Below are positions 27,184 to 37,468 of a stretch of DNA of 64,000 nucleotides, one piece after another. Below the pieces are notes generated by a model. That model searched no databases. It saw only the letters and a list, made by a program, of their open reading frames with translations, and was not told where the DNA came from. Source of the stretch: Candidatus Angelobacter sp. (GTDB lineage: Bacteria > Acidobacteriota > Terriglobia > Acidiferrales > UBA7541); contig DATNDO010000043.1 in NCBI GenBank assembly GCA_035606955.1, forward strand, positions 16,080 to 80,079, given 5' to 3'. The first letter of the stretch is position 1. Every line of letters starts with the position of its first letter. The translations under genes and the position numbers were made by a program.

Positions 27184-27765
27184 ATGAAGCGAATCGTTAC
27201 GATGGCGGTCGCATTGCTACTGGCGCTTTCTGTTTTGTCGTTCGCAGCGCAAGCGCAGGACCAGCAGGCGGCAATCACCACGACGAACCTGAAGGTCGGC
27301 GACGTTGCTCCGAATTTCTCTCTGCCCAGCGATCAACATGGTTCGGTATCACTGGACAGTTTTCGGGGCAAAAAGAACGTCATCCTCGCCTTCTACGTTC
27401 TCGCTTTCACCGGTGGTTGAACGAAGGAACTCCAGGCCTATCAGTCTGATTTGGCCAAGATCGAAGCAAGCGATTCGGTAATTTTCGGCGTCAGTATCGA
27501 TAGCCCTCCAGCTAACGCCGCATTCGCAAAGCAAATCGGTGTCACCTTTCCTTTGCTGAGCGATATGAACCGCACCGTCCTGAAGCAATACGGAATCGTG
27601 CAACCTTTCCCCTTGGGAACAGATAAAGTGGAATTTGCGCGACGCACCACGTTCGTGATTGACAAAGACGGCGTGATTAAGCACATCGATTTCGACACAA
27701 CGGCCATCGACCCGACGTCCGCCGTGACAATTTGTACGGGCCTTCACGAAAAACACGGAACGTAG
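27184..27765 (+). CDS. exported peroxiredoxin (AhpC/TSA-Bcp type), candidate selenoprotein (TGA 27418-27420 read as Sec)
   Basis: Track ORFs 27166..27420 and 27451..27765 are in the same frame, with only this TGA between them. The joined sequence reads VILAFYVLAFTGG-U-TKELQAYQ, so the TGA sits on the peroxidatic Cys of the FTxxCTxE motif. RRTTFVIDKDGVI lies downstream. AAGGAGAG precedes ATG 27184. Signal peptide present. Confidence 0.75.
27418..27456 (+). promoter_or_regulatory. candidate SECIS hairpin after the peroxiredoxin UGA
   Basis: GGCC-U-AUC-AGUCU-GAU-UU-GGCC at 27435-27456 starts 14 nt after the UGA. The apical loop contains GU. The stem is imperfect. Confidence 0.4.
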
Positions 27766-27779
27766 TACCTAACAGGGCT

Positions 27780-27810
27780 CGCAGGGGCTGAGACAAACTC
27801 AGCCCTTGCG
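27780..27810. terminator. bidirectional hairpin between convergent genes
   Basis: CGCAGGGGCUGAG-acaaa-CUCAGCCCUUGCG forms a 13-bp stem with one G-U or mismatch position. It lies between the peroxiredoxin stop and the end of the oxidase operon. No strong U-tract. Confidence 0.45.
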
Positions 27811-27923
27811 AAGTCTCCTTCTGCCTGCCAAGCATCTTTTGATTTCCCTTGCCGCACACACGCACCAGTCATGCGCGCTTATCATCTGGAATCGTTTTCG
27901 CCTGCAATGATGCGTGCGGAATC

Positions 27924-28223
27924 CTAATTCAAATGAAGAACGCCTTCGGACACTGAGTGGAAGGGAGAGCTAAACGTGGCGGGAACAAGAACGACTGACT
28001 CGCGGTGCATGTTGCGTCGAATACAGAGGAGCGAGAAAAAGCCCACAACAATCGATGTGGCCGGAATCACAAGAATCAAAATGCCGTGCCGCAAGGCCGC
28101 CTGGGCGGTCGGTCCCGTAGCTGCCGCGTCGCTATAGCAAAGAGCGCAGCCCTGAGCGAAAGTCGCCGAAGCACAAAGCGCCGCAGAAACTCCCGCAACC
28201 AGCATCTTAAGAGCAGTTCGCAT
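27924..28223 (-). CDS. small membrane protein at the 3' end of the oxidase operon
   Basis: 99 aa. Signal-like N-terminus, a CALC motif and one central TM segment. Confidence 0.4.
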   Translation of the reverse strand: MRTALKMLVAGVSAALCASATFAQGCALCYSDAAATGPTAQAALRHGILILVIPATSIVVGFFSLLCIRRNMHRESVVLVPATFSSPFHSVSEGVLHLN

Positions 28224-28286
28224 CTATGACCCTCTTCGGTCGTTACAGCTTCTATTTTCCACTAATTCTGACTTAAAACCAATGCC

Positions 28287-28610
28287 TCACGGGTGCAAAC
28301 GTACAATCCGCAAGCTATCCGGAAACACAAAAATCAAAATCATGACCAGACAGAAAACCAGCGAAGGAACGATAATCAAGAAGAGGCCGAGCTTCTCAAA
28401 TCGCAGATGCATGAAATACGCCACAATCAAAGCAGATTTGATCAACGACAAACCCACCAGAAGAACCAGCATGGGGTGCGGGTCAAGTTTCAAATAGGCA
28501 AGAAGGACCTCGACGCCGGTGAGAACTAGGAGCCAAAACCACACCCACATAAATAGCTTTTTCGTCGGCGCGTGGTGTGCTTCGATTGCGGATGTTCCAT
28601 GCGTGCTCAT
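28287..28610 (-). CDS. cytochrome c oxidase subunit IV (prokaryotic small subunit)
   Basis: 107 aa with three TM segments. It follows the subunit III genes. Confidence 0.7.
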   Translation of the reverse strand: MSTHGTSAIEAHHAPTKKLFMWVWFWLLVLTGVEVLLAYLKLDPHPMLVLLVGLSLIKSALIVAYFMHLRFEKLGLFLIIVPSLVFCLVMILIFVFPDSLRIVRLHP

Positions 28611-28625
28611 CGCTCGATATGCTCC

Positions 28626-29261
28626 TCAGCCCTTCAAGTTAACCGACATCAGATAGACCATTGGAAAAATGAACATCCACACCAAGTCGACAAAGTGCCA
28701 GTAAAGGCCGCTGACCTCGACGTGATCGGCATTAAATTTTCTGCGGCCGAAGCCCAACGCGATAATACACAAATAAATCACGCCAATCGAGACGTGCAGC
28801 ATGTGCAAGCCCGTCAAACCGAAGAACGTGCCGCCGAAAAGCGGGTCACCCCACTTATTCGACCACGGAGTCACGCCTTCCGCGAAAAGCCGGAACCACT
28901 CCATCATGTGTAGACCGACGAAAGCGACTCCTCCGACAGCGGTCAAGAGAATGTAAATTACAGCTTTCTTGATCTCGTTGCGATGCGCGGCGGCCACAGC
29001 CATAACCATCGTCAAGCTGCTTGACAAAAGAATAAACGTCAAAAACGTTGCGTTCGCGATTGCAGGATAAATCTCAAAGGGGCGCGGCCAGTTTGCGCTC
29101 GACAGGCGCACGTACGCGTACGCAAGAATCGCAGTCGAAAATGTGAGCGAGTCGGAAAGAAGGAACAGCCACATTCCGAGTTTCTTTGTATTTGTCGCAA
29201 AGGGAGCGACACCGCCACCCCAAGCCTGTCCCGCAACAGCGTCGACGTCCATTTCAGCCAA
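28626..29261 (-). CDS. ctaE: cytochrome c oxidase subunit III
   Basis: 211 aa. LHMLHVSIGVIYL and YWHFVDLVWMFIFPMVYL signatures. Confidence 0.85.
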   Translation of the reverse strand: MAEMDVDAVAGQAWGGGVAPFATNTKKLGMWLFLLSDSLTFSTAILAYAYVRLSSANWPRPFEIYPAIANATFLTFILLSSSLTMVMAVAAAHRNEIKKAVIYILLTAVGGVAFVGLHMMEWFRLFAEGVTPWSNKWGDPLFGGTFFGLTGLHMLHVSIGVIYLCIIALGFGRRKFNADHVEVSGLYWHFVDLVWMFIFPMVYLMSVNLKG

Positions 29262-29264
29262 GTA

Positions 29265-29912
29265 TCACCGTCCTAGCAAGAGAAGTAGGAAGAGAAAAAC
29301 CCACAGTCCATCCATGAAGTGCCAATACACCGACGTGATTTCCGTCGCCGTCGCAAATGTCAACCGGCGCAATTTTCCGCGTCCCACGTACAGCAACGCG
29401 ACAATGCCTCCAAGCAAGTGGAGCCCGTGAGCCGCTGTGAGCACATAGAAAAAACTGCCGCTCGCGTTTGTCGCCAGATAAAAGCCGGATATAACCATTT
29501 GTCGCCAAGCGATCACCTGCCCCGCGAGAAACAGGAAACCGAGAATCGTGGTAACCATCCACCAGTGCCGGAAACCTTCGCGGTCGCCTCGCGTGAAGAA
29601 GTGCCGAGCGCGCACAATCGTTAGGCTGCTGGCCAGCAGAATCAGCGTGTTCAACCACAGAATCCGCGGCATCGGAAATGCCTGCCAATCACTCCCGACA
29701 CCCTTCCGCACAATAAACGCACTGGCGAACGCCATAAAAAACATCAGTATGGCGGCCATCCCAATTGCTATTCCCGTTACATAAACGCGCTGCGGTATTC
29801 CAGAACGCCCGCTGGGCGAGCCGTCGTCGCCTCCCCCTGCAAAGGAAGGCGGCTTGCCTCCTCCGCCTGCTTCGATAATCTCGAGTTCTTCCGTTGTTGA
29901 CGTATGCGGCAT
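29265..29912 (-). CDS. second cytochrome c oxidase subunit III-family protein
   Basis: 215 aa. AAHGLHLLGG and YWHFMDGLWVFLF signatures. It has an N-terminal Gly-rich extension. Confidence 0.75.
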   Translation of the reverse strand: MPHTSTTEELEIIEAGGGGKPPSFAGGGDDGSPSGRSGIPQRVYVTGIAIGMAAILMFFMAFASAFIVRKGVGSDWQAFPMPRILWLNTLILLASSLTIVRARHFFTRGDREGFRHWWMVTTILGFLFLAGQVIAWRQMVISGFYLATNASGSFFYVLTAAHGLHLLGGIVALLYVGRGKLRRLTFATATEITSVYWHFMDGLWVFLFLLLLLGR

Positions 29913-29927
29913 GGCGGATCCCTGACG

Positions 29928-31685
29928 CTAGGCTTTAGCCACTTGCTCGGGCGCAACATCCTGCGGTATGAAATCCTCGGCCGCACCCGGCACGCTGTAT
30001 TCGTAGGGTCCACGATAGACCGTCGGATAATGACCGCCAAAATTGTCGTGCGGCACCGGCGTGCTCACCTGCCATTCAAGTGTCGTCGCGCGCCATGGAT
30101 TTCGCTCCGCCAGCTTGCCGTGCTTAATGCTCCAGAAGAAATTGAAATAGAAGAACAATTGCGCCGCGGCGGTTACGAATGCCGCGACACTGATGAATAC
30201 ATATACGGGTTGGAGGCGCGCCAAATAATGAACCGCGTCGGTGCTGGCGTAGCGTCGAGGATCGCCCGCATACCCGAGGTAGTGCATCGGCATAAAAATG
30301 CAATAGACACCCACAAAGGTCATCCAGAAGTGAATCTTCCCGAGAGTCTCGTTCATCATGTGCCCGAACATTTTGGGAAACCAATAGTACGTCGCGGCAA
30401 ACATCGCAAAAATTGCCGCGACGCCCATGATCAGGTGGAAGTGGCCAATCACGTAGTAGGTGTCATGCAGGTAGAGATCCAACGCCGGCTGCGCCAGGAA
30501 AATGCCGGAAAGGCCACCGGTTACGAACAGCGAAACGAAGCCGATGGCAAAGAGCATGGCAGCGGTGAATTGAATTCGCGCCCCCCAGAGTGTCCCAAGC
30601 CAATTGAACGTCTTGATTGCCGATGGCACTCCGATCACCAGTGTTAGAATCGAAAACGTCAGCGCCGAGTATGGATTCATTCCGCTGATGAACATGTGAT
30701 GGCCCCACACCATGAAGCTCAGGAAGCCAATCGCACTCAGCGAGTAGACCATCGCCTTGTAGCCGAACACAGGCTTCCGAGAAAACGTCGAAAGCACGTG
30801 CGAAATGATTCCCATGGCCGGGAGAATCGCGATGTACACTTCTGGATGCCCGAAGAACCAGAAGAGATGTTGCCAAAGCAGTGGCGAGCCGCCCGCGTGT
30901 TTGAGCAGGACACCGCTGACCATTTCTCCGCCGGGAATAAAGAAGCTGGTCATCGCCAGCCGGTCCAGAAGCAGCAGAATGCACGCGGCAAGAAGCACTC
31001 CGAATGCCAGCAGCGCGAGGCAGGCCGTTATGAACCAACCCCACACGGTCAGCGGCATGCGCATCAGCGAGAGCCCCTTAGTGCGCAGGTCAATTGTGGT
31101 CCCCAAGAAATTTATTGCCGACATCAGCGAAGCGCCGCAGAACAGCGCGATGCTCACGACCCAGAGCGTCTGGCCAAGTCCTTGACCCGGCCCCGCGACT
31201 ACGCCGACTGCACTTAGAGGCGCATAAGCTGTCCAGCCGCTGATTGGCGATCCACCCGGAACAAAGGCCGAGGAAAGCAGGACAAGCATCGACACAAACG
31301 TCAGCCAGAACGACATCATGTTGAGTGTGGGAAACGCCATGTCCGGCGCACCGATTTGAATCGGAAGGAAATAATTGCCAAAGCCGCTTTGCGGCACAGT
31401 TGTCAAAACGAAGAAAACCATCAGCGTGCCATGCATGGTAATGACGCGAAGGTAGTCCTCCGGTGAAACAACGCCGTTGGCAAATCCCCAAATGTGCGCA
31501 TTCGGCCAAGCGAGGTGAATCCGCATAATCACCGAAAGAATTACGCCAATCGTAACTGCGGACAGGCCAAGCAAGATGTACTGCGTGCCGATGATCTTGT
31601 GGTCCAAACTGAAAATATAATGCCGGAGCCAGCCTTTGGGCGCTTCCGAGTGGTGGACCGGACTAGCGTGCGAACTCATTGACAC
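29928..31685 (-). CDS. ctaD: cytochrome c oxidase subunit I (heme-copper oxidase, A-type)
   Basis: 585 aa. WFFGHPEVYI and HHMF motifs. Twelve or more TM segments. Confidence 0.95.
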   Translation of the reverse strand: MSMSSHASPVHHSEAPKGWLRHYIFSLDHKIIGTQYILLGLSAVTIGVILSVIMRIHLAWPNAHIWGFANGVVSPEDYLRVITMHGTLMVFFVLTTVPQSGFGNYFLPIQIGAPDMAFPTLNMMSFWLTFVSMLVLLSSAFVPGGSPISGWTAYAPLSAVGVVAGPGQGLGQTLWVVSIALFCGASLMSAINFLGTTIDLRTKGLSLMRMPLTVWGWFITACLALLAFGVLLAACILLLLDRLAMTSFFIPGGEMVSGVLLKHAGGSPLLWQHLFWFFGHPEVYIAILPAMGIISHVLSTFSRKPVFGYKAMVYSLSAIGFLSFMVWGHHMFISGMNPYSALTFSILTLVIGVPSAIKTFNWLGTLWGARIQFTAAMLFAIGFVSLFVTGGLSGIFLAQPALDLYLHDTYYVIGHFHLIMGVAAIFAMFAATYYWFPKMFGHMMNETLGKIHFWMTFVGVYCIFMPMHYLGYAGDPRRYASTDAVHYLARLQPVYVFISVAAFVTAAAQLFFYFNFFWSIKHGKLAERNPWRATTLEWQVSTPVPHDNFGGHYPTVYRGPYEYSVPGAAEDFIPQDVAPEQVAKA

Positions 31686-31738
31686 TCTCCCATGTTGCGG
31701 GTCCGTTATGATGATTACTCAAAGCCATAACTCTCACT

Positions 31739-32581
31739 TCACTGTCCGGCTTGAGCGTTCTGCGCCTCTTGCTTCTGCTCCCACTGCTGAAAATCGGCGT
31801 CAGACAGCACATGCAGCGTGGCATGCATGTGGTAGTGCCCCAAGCCGCAGAGCTGGTTGCAAGTGATTTCATAGTCGCCGATCTTGGTCACCGTAAAGTG
31901 CACGGGAATCACCAAGCCCGGAACCGTATCTTGCTTCACGCGCAACTCGCGCACAAAAAAGCTGTGGATGACGTCCTGCGAACGCAGCATCAACTCGATT
32001 TCCCTGTTAACCGGCAGATAGAGGTCTCCCGTCACAATATCGTCCTTACTCGCGGGGTCATTGGAGTCCAACCCTAATGGATTGCCCGTAGATGCATCGA
32101 TGTCTTTCGGATTGATGCGTCCAAATTTGCCATCCGGCCCGGGATAGCGAAAATTCCATACGAACTGCACGCCCGTAACCTCGACTTGCAGGGCTCCCGG
32201 CTGAGGCCCACCAAAATGCACTTCGCCCCACGCGTGAGCGGCCATCACGCCGAGACCAACGAAGATGACAAGAGTCGCCGTGGTCCACACGACTTCCAGC
32301 GTGTGGTTGCCGCGAACAAAGCGCGCCTTCTGCCCGTGGTCGCGATACCGGAAGACCATCCAAGCCAGTGCTAGTTGCGCCAGCACGAAAACAATTCCTG
32401 TCAGTATGAACGTGACGAAGAATTGCTGATCAATTTGACCACCGACGGGAGTTATCGCAGCGGGAAACCACCATGTCTTTGCAACGTGGAAATAGACGGT
32501 CGAACCGACCAAAATGAGGATAACGATTGCCAACAGGACGGCCGGTACTGACGAGCCGGCACACGATTTTCGCGAAACCAT
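31739..32581 (-). CDS. ctaC: cytochrome c oxidase subunit II (CuA), no fused cytochrome c domain
   Basis: 280 aa. CuA motif HSF...CNQLCGLGHYHM. Confidence 0.9.
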   Translation of the reverse strand: MVSRKSCAGSSVPAVLLAIVILILVGSTVYFHVAKTWWFPAAITPVGGQIDQQFFVTFILTGIVFVLAQLALAWMVFRYRDHGQKARFVRGNHTLEVVWTTATLVIFVGLGVMAAHAWGEVHFGGPQPGALQVEVTGVQFVWNFRYPGPDGKFGRINPKDIDASTGNPLGLDSNDPASKDDIVTGDLYLPVNREIELMLRSQDVIHSFFVRELRVKQDTVPGLVIPVHFTVTKIGDYEITCNQLCGLGHYHMHATLHVLSDADFQQWEQKQEAQNAQAGQ

Positions 32582-32771
32582 TTCCTCCGCTCCGGAAAGA
32601 TTGCGGCCTACGGAACAAACATCTGGCCGCCGATCCTTGCACGCATCACTCAGCTGACTATGAAGGCTCTATCAAGCCCACAATCATATATAACACGCAC
32701 AAAAAAATACAAGGGTGAATCGAGAAAATTTTCACGTTATTTTGGATACCAAGTTCTTGCGAGTGAGTTTT

Positions 32772-32858
32772 TGGTGCGGTCGAGTGGATTCGAACCACCA
32801 CGGTATTGCTACCGTCAGCCCCTCAAGCTGATGCGTCTGCCAGTTCCGCCACGACCGC
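32772..32858 (-). tRNA. tRNA-Leu (anticodon GAG)
   Basis: GCGGTCG-TG-GCGGAACTGGCAGACGC-A-TCAGC-TTGAGGG-GCTGA-long variable arm-GGTGG-TTCGAAT-CCACT-CGACCGC-A-CCA. The cloverleaf was folded by hand. CCA is encoded. Confidence 0.9.
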
Positions 32859-32897
32859 ACATTGAAAAACACGAAGAACGATATTGAAACATCAGTT

Positions 32898-33305
32898 CTA
32901 CTTCTTGGGCACAGGAGCCTGCGGCACGGGTTTCTGCGCCGGGGTTGCAGGCTTGGATGGCGCCGTCGGCATCGTTTGTTCTAGGATCGAGCTGCCTTGT
33001 GCCGTTGTCGGAGCGCGCTTTAATGAAAGTGCCAGCGAACTCATCATAAAAACAATGGCGCACCATGTCGTCGCTTTCGTCAGAAACGTGGCCGCACCGC
33101 GCGGACCAAACGCAGTCTGACTGCCCGCGCCGCCGAATGCCCCGGCCAAATCCGCCGCGTTGCCGCTCTGAAGCATGATTACAAAAATCAGCAACAAGCA
33201 CACCAGAATGTGCAACGTGACCAACACAAAATTATAGTGCCACCCGAGCCATACCAGCCCCACTGCGGCGGCAATCGCAATCACCCACTTCGCTGCATCA
33301 GGCAT
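32898..33305 (-). CDS. secG: preprotein translocase subunit SecG
   Basis: LLIFVIMLQSGNAADLAGAFGGAGSQTAFG is the SecG signature. GGAG lies 5 nt upstream of ATG 33305. It follows tpiA. Confidence 0.8.
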   Translation of the reverse strand: MPDAAKWVIAIAAAVGLVWLGWHYNFVLVTLHILVCLLLIFVIMLQSGNAADLAGAFGGAGSQTAFGPRGAATFLTKATTWCAIVFMMSSLALSLKRAPTTAQGSSILEQTMPTAPSKPATPAQKPVPQAPVPKK

Positions 33306-33337
33306 TCCTGCTCCACTCTAACCCAAAGATTTTGCCG

Positions 33338-34087
33338 CTAAAAATTCACAATTGCTGAAAACGACTGCGCATCCAGGCTCGCCCCGCCCACGAGGGCGCC
33401 GTCTATTTCGCCTTGAGCCATCAAATCCCGAATGTTATCCGGCTTGACGCTCCCGCCATAAAGAATCCGCACACGCGACGCCAATTCCGGGGTAAAGCGC
33501 TTCGCGGCTAAGAGGCGAAGAAAAACATGCACCTGGGCCGCAATTTCCGGCGTCGCCGTGCGCCCCGTGCCAATAGCCCACACAGGCTCGTAAGCAATCA
33601 GAATACGCGAGAAATCCGGACCGGTCAACGTCGCCATTCCGTCATTGAATTGACGTTCGAGTATTTGTTCTGTGCGGTTTGCATCTCTTTCGCTCTGGTC
33701 TTCTCCGACGCAAACGATGGGTTGTAGGCCCGCTGCAAGCGCCGCCTTCAGTTTGCGATTCACCGTCTCGTCGGTCTCGCCGAAATATTTTCGGCATTCG
33801 GAATGGCCGATAATCACGTCTCGGCAACCTGCCTCGACGAGCATCGGCATCGAAACCTGACCCGTGAAGGCGCCTTCGCGCTCCCAGCACGCATCCTGAC
33901 CGGCTATTGCAATCGAGGTGCCTTTCGCGGCATCCACGGCCGCAGCTATCGCGGTAAACGGCGGCGCCACAATGATGTCGCAATGACGTGACGTCGAGAC
34001 AAGCGGCTTGAATGCCTCGAAGAACGCTCGCGTTTCCGCTTGCGTCTTGTGCATTTTCCAATTACCCGCAATGACTGGATGCCGCAC
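33338..34087 (-). CDS. tpiA: triose-phosphate isomerase
   Basis: 249 aa. AGNWKMH, GHSECR and YEPVWAIGTG motifs. Confidence 0.95.
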   Translation of the reverse strand: MRHPVIAGNWKMHKTQAETRAFFEAFKPLVSTSRHCDIIVAPPFTAIAAAVDAAKGTSIAIAGQDACWEREGAFTGQVSMPMLVEAGCRDVIIGHSECRKYFGETDETVNRKLKAALAAGLQPIVCVGEDQSERDANRTEQILERQFNDGMATLTGPDFSRILIAYEPVWAIGTGRTATPEIAAQVHVFLRLLAAKRFTPELASRVRILYGGSVKPDNIRDLMAQGEIDGALVGGASLDAQSFSAIVNF

Positions 34088-34095
34088 GGATACCT

Positions 34096-35292
34096 CTAAA
34101 TTGGAGTGAGAGCTTCGACGCCAGGGAGCTTCCGGCCAGCAAGAAACTCAAGCGAAGCTCCGCCGCCTGTCGAAATATGAGAAATTTTGTCAGCGAGTCC
34201 CGCCTGTTCGATCGCGGCCACACTATCGCCGCCGCCGACAATGGACGTAGCCCCTTTCGCGGTCGCGTCGGCAACGGCCCGCGCAATTTCCATCGTTCCG
34301 CGCGCGAATGCCGGTTTTTCGAACATACCAAGCGGTCCGTTCCACACAATGGTTCGCGCTTGGGAGATTTCTTTGCTGAAGAGCTCAATCGTCTTTGGAC
34401 CGATGTCGAGGCCCATCCAATCGGACGGAGTGCCTTCGACTCCTGTGAGCTGCGTTTGAGCGCCGGGTTCGGTCGACCGCGCCAGGATATGGTCGATAGG
34501 CAGCACAATGCGAGAGCCGCGCTCGATCGCTTCACCGAGAAGTGTCAGAGCCAGATCCGTTTTGTCCTCTTCCACCAGCGACTTCCCTGTCGTAAAGCCC
34601 TTTGCGCGGAAAAATGTATACGCCATTGCCCCGCCGATTAGAATTGTGTTAGCTATCTTGATCAGATTCTGAATCACTTCGATTTTATCCGAGACCTTTG
34701 CCCCGCCAAGAATCGCCAGAAACGGCCGTTCCGGATTTGTCAGCGCTTTGCCAAGATATTCAAGCTCTTGCTCCATTAGCAATCCGGCCGCGGCTTGCCG
34801 CACAAATCTTGTAATGCCGACGACGGATGCGTGGGCGCGATGAGCCGAGCCAAAAGCATCGTCAACGTAAATTCCATCACAGAGTGCAGCCAATTGACGA
34901 GAAAATCCCTCGTCGTTCTCTTCCTCCTCGGCATGGAAGCGCACATTCTCGAGAAGAAGCACCTGCCCATTTTTCAGGGCCTTGCTACGGGATTCGGGCT
35001 GTTCGCCCACGCAATCCGGGGCAAAAATTACCGGCTTACCGAGCAGTTCCTTCAGGCGTTCCGCTACCGGCGCCAGACTGTACTTGGACTCCGGTTTCCC
35101 TTTCGGCCGCCCAAGATGCGAGGCGAGTACCAGCCGCGCGCCTCGGTCAATGGCCAGCTTCAGTGTGGGAAGCGTAGCGCGAATGCGGGTGTCATCTTCG
35201 ACCTTTCCATTGGCCAGCGGCACATTGAAATCGGCGCGAATGAACACGCGCTTTCCCGACAACTCCAAATGTCGAATGGAGAGTTTGTTCAT
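34096..35292 (-). CDS. pgk: phosphoglycerate kinase
   Basis: RADFNVP and [10 protein letters not shown] motifs. Start placed at ATG 35292. Confidence 0.95.
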   Translation of the reverse strand: MNKLSIRHLELSGKRVFIRADFNVPLANGKVEDDTRIRATLPTLKLAIDRGARLVLASHLGRPKGKPESKYSLAPVAERLKELLGKPVIFAPDCVGEQPESRSKALKNGQVLLLENVRFHAEEEENDEGFSRQLAALCDGIYVDDAFGSAHRAHASVVGITRFVRQAAAGLLMEQELEYLGKALTNPERPFLAILGGAKVSDKIEVIQNLIKIANTILIGGAMAYTFFRAKGFTTGKSLVEEDKTDLALTLLGEAIERGSRIVLPIDHILARSTEPGAQTQLTGVEGTPSDWMGLDIGPKTIELFSKEISQARTIVWNGPLGMFEKPAFARGTMEIARAVADATAKGATSIVGGGDSVAAIEQAGLADKISHISTGGGASLEFLAGRKLPGVEALTPI

Positions 35293-35327
35293 GTCAGTTG
35301 CGGACTCGCAGAAAAACACGCCGAAGC

Positions 35328-36332
35328 TTAGAGCCGCTGGGCCATGAATTTAATCAGATCCAGACAACGGCAGGAATAGCCCCATTCATTGTCGTACCAA
35401 GCCACTACTTTCACACAGTTTGATCCCACCACGCGTGTGTAACCGGCATCAATGATCGCCGAATGCGAATTGCCCAGGAAATCGACGGACACCAATTCTT
35501 CGTCGGTGATATCGAGAATGCCCTTTAACGGTCCGTCAGCCGCGCAACGAAACGCTTCGTTGACGCTATCAGGCGTCGCTGGTTTTTCGGTTATCACGGT
35601 CAGGTCCAACACGCTCACATCGGGCGTGGGAACGCGTAACGCATACCCATCCAGCTTGCCCTTGAGCTCCGGAATCACAAGATGGAGCGCTTTCGCCGCC
35701 CCCGTCGACGTCGGAATCATGGAAAGAGCCGCCGCGCGCGCGCGCCGCAAATCCTTGTGCGGCAAATCGAGTAAACGCTGATCATTCGTGTACGAGTGAA
35801 TCGTCGTCATTGCCCCAACGACGATGCCGAACGTATCGAGGAGCACTCTTGCCACGGGGGCAAGACAGTTTGTTGTGCATGAAGCATTCGATACCACGTG
35901 ATGCTGCGCCGGATCGTATGTCTTCTCATTCACTCCGAGCACCAAAGTACAATCCGGATCGGTCGCTGGAGCGGTGATCAATACTTTTTTTACCGGCCCG
36001 CGAATGTGTTTGCGGGCCTCCGGTCCCTTATTAAAAACGCCCGACGATTCCACCACAATCTGTGCGCCCGTGGAGGGCCAGTCTACCGCGGTCAATTCTT
36101 TCACTTTGAAAACACGGATCGCATGGTCATCCACCTGAATCGCGTCATCGCTTGCCTGGATTTTATTCGGAAGGTTCCCGAGAATGGAATCGTATTTCAG
36201 CAGGTGCGCCAACGTTTTTGCATCCGTGATGTCGTTGATCGCCACAATTTCGATTGACGGATCGCCGAGCGTCACTCGAAACACATTGCGCCCGATGCGG
36301 CCGAAGCCGTTGATGGCGACTTTAACTGGCAT
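35328..36332 (-). CDS. gap: type I glyceraldehyde-3-phosphate dehydrogenase
   Basis: 334 aa. INGFGRIGR and [12 protein letters not shown] motifs. Confidence 0.95.
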   Translation of the reverse strand: MPVKVAINGFGRIGRNVFRVTLGDPSIEIVAINDITDAKTLAHLLKYDSILGNLPNKIQASDDAIQVDDHAIRVFKVKELTAVDWPSTGAQIVVESSGVFNKGPEARKHIRGPVKKVLITAPATDPDCTLVLGVNEKTYDPAQHHVVSNASCTTNCLAPVARVLLDTFGIVVGAMTTIHSYTNDQRLLDLPHKDLRRARAAALSMIPTSTGAAKALHLVIPELKGKLDGYALRVPTPDVSVLDLTVITEKPATPDSVNEAFRCAADGPLKGILDITDEELVSVDFLGNSHSAIIDAGYTRVVGSNCVKVVAWYDNEWGYSCRCLDLIKFMAQRL

Positions 36333-36433
36333 GCTTCCTCCGTGCGTTTTGTTGAGCTGACTTCGACCTATCCGATCGTGGGCGTCACAGGAAGCAGATG
36401 CTAGGGTGCGCGGAGATAAAAGTCAACGCGGCG

Positions 36434-37306
36434 CTAACTGTATGTTTTGACGTGAATGACTTTCTCCCCGCTGAAAGTCACCAGAACTGTTTTGGATGGC
36501 GGATAACCGTAAATCCAATCCTCCGTTTGCTTGCCATCTTCGTCGGATTCTCTGACCTTCTTGTCGGGACGGCCCATCGCAGCCAACACCATGTCGTGAT
36601 TCATCCCCACGATCGCTCTGTGGTCCTTGATCGCCTGCTGGAACTGCGGCGGGAGCGTATCGACCCAGTTGACCGCCGAGGAATGTTCACCGGCGAAGTC
36701 GAGGAAAGGCGAGAGATCGTGTTTCAATTCGTCGGGACTTAAATTGGGGACCGTGTGCCCATAGTCCAGGACGAGAATAGCTCCCCCCGCTTGAGCCGGA
36801 CCCTCCGAAGTGGGCCCGGAAGCCACCGGACTCATGGGCCCAACTCCAATCTGCACATGCTGTCGCCAATTCCAATGCTTCTTCGTCCCGCCGTTGATGC
36901 CGATGATGATTTCGTTGGAACGAAACTCGAGGCTGCTGATCTGCACTTGGTCGCCGGGATTGGCCGCAGCGCCGCGCATCAGCGCCTGGCGTAAATCTTT
37001 GGCATCAATGGCCTGGCCTACCCTGTAGCGGAACCCCTGTTTCAGCGAGGGTATTGACTGAACAACGCGGGCGAATTCGCCATCGACGTACCGGATCAGT
37101 GAGATCTTCGATTCCTGGTCCAGGGACTGCTGCTTCTTACCCGTCGTAGCCTGGACAATGGCCAGAAACAGATCCGGCGGAGACGCCATCATCGGCAGAG
37201 TGCCCTGCAGTGGTTGCACAGGCTCGGGACGAAGCGGATACACGTGGGGCAAGTCGAAGCACATCAGAAGCAACATCACGCTCGCGAGGCTGGTCAATCG
37301 GAACAT
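36434..37306 (-). CDS. secreted hypothetical protein with BamE/SmpA-like C-terminal segment
   Basis: 290 aa with a signal peptide. The C-terminal GMNHDMVLAAMGRPDKKV...WIYGY resembles the SmpA_OmlA fold signature. This call is weak. Confidence 0.45.
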   Translation of the reverse strand: MFRLTSLASVMLLLMCFDLPHVYPLRPEPVQPLQGTLPMMASPPDLFLAIVQATTGKKQQSLDQESKISLIRYVDGEFARVVQSIPSLKQGFRYRVGQAIDAKDLRQALMRGAAANPGDQVQISSLEFRSNEIIIGINGGTKKHWNWRQHVQIGVGPMSPVASGPTSEGPAQAGGAILVLDYGHTVPNLSPDELKHDLSPFLDFAGEHSSAVNWVDTLPPQFQQAIKDHRAIVGMNHDMVLAAMGRPDKKVRESDEDGKQTEDWIYGYPPSKTVLVTFSGEKVIHVKTYS

Positions 37307-37468
37307 GGCTTTATCGTCTCTAATTAAGCCAGCGGGCCTGACAGAATTTCCGTTTTATCGCTGGTTGAGCAAATAATACCATTTTTCGGCGGGATTTCCT
37401 GCATTTGGGTGATGGCGGGCCACTTCGGGACAGCTACTCTCAATGAAGTCTAACTCCGGAGAAACGAT

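Noticed and set aside
27166-27765. Peroxiredoxin split into two ORFs interpreted as a disrupted pseudogene
   Set aside because: There is a single in-frame TGA at the peroxidatic Cys codon. Conserved motifs are intact on both sides. The gene keeps its signal peptide and RBS.
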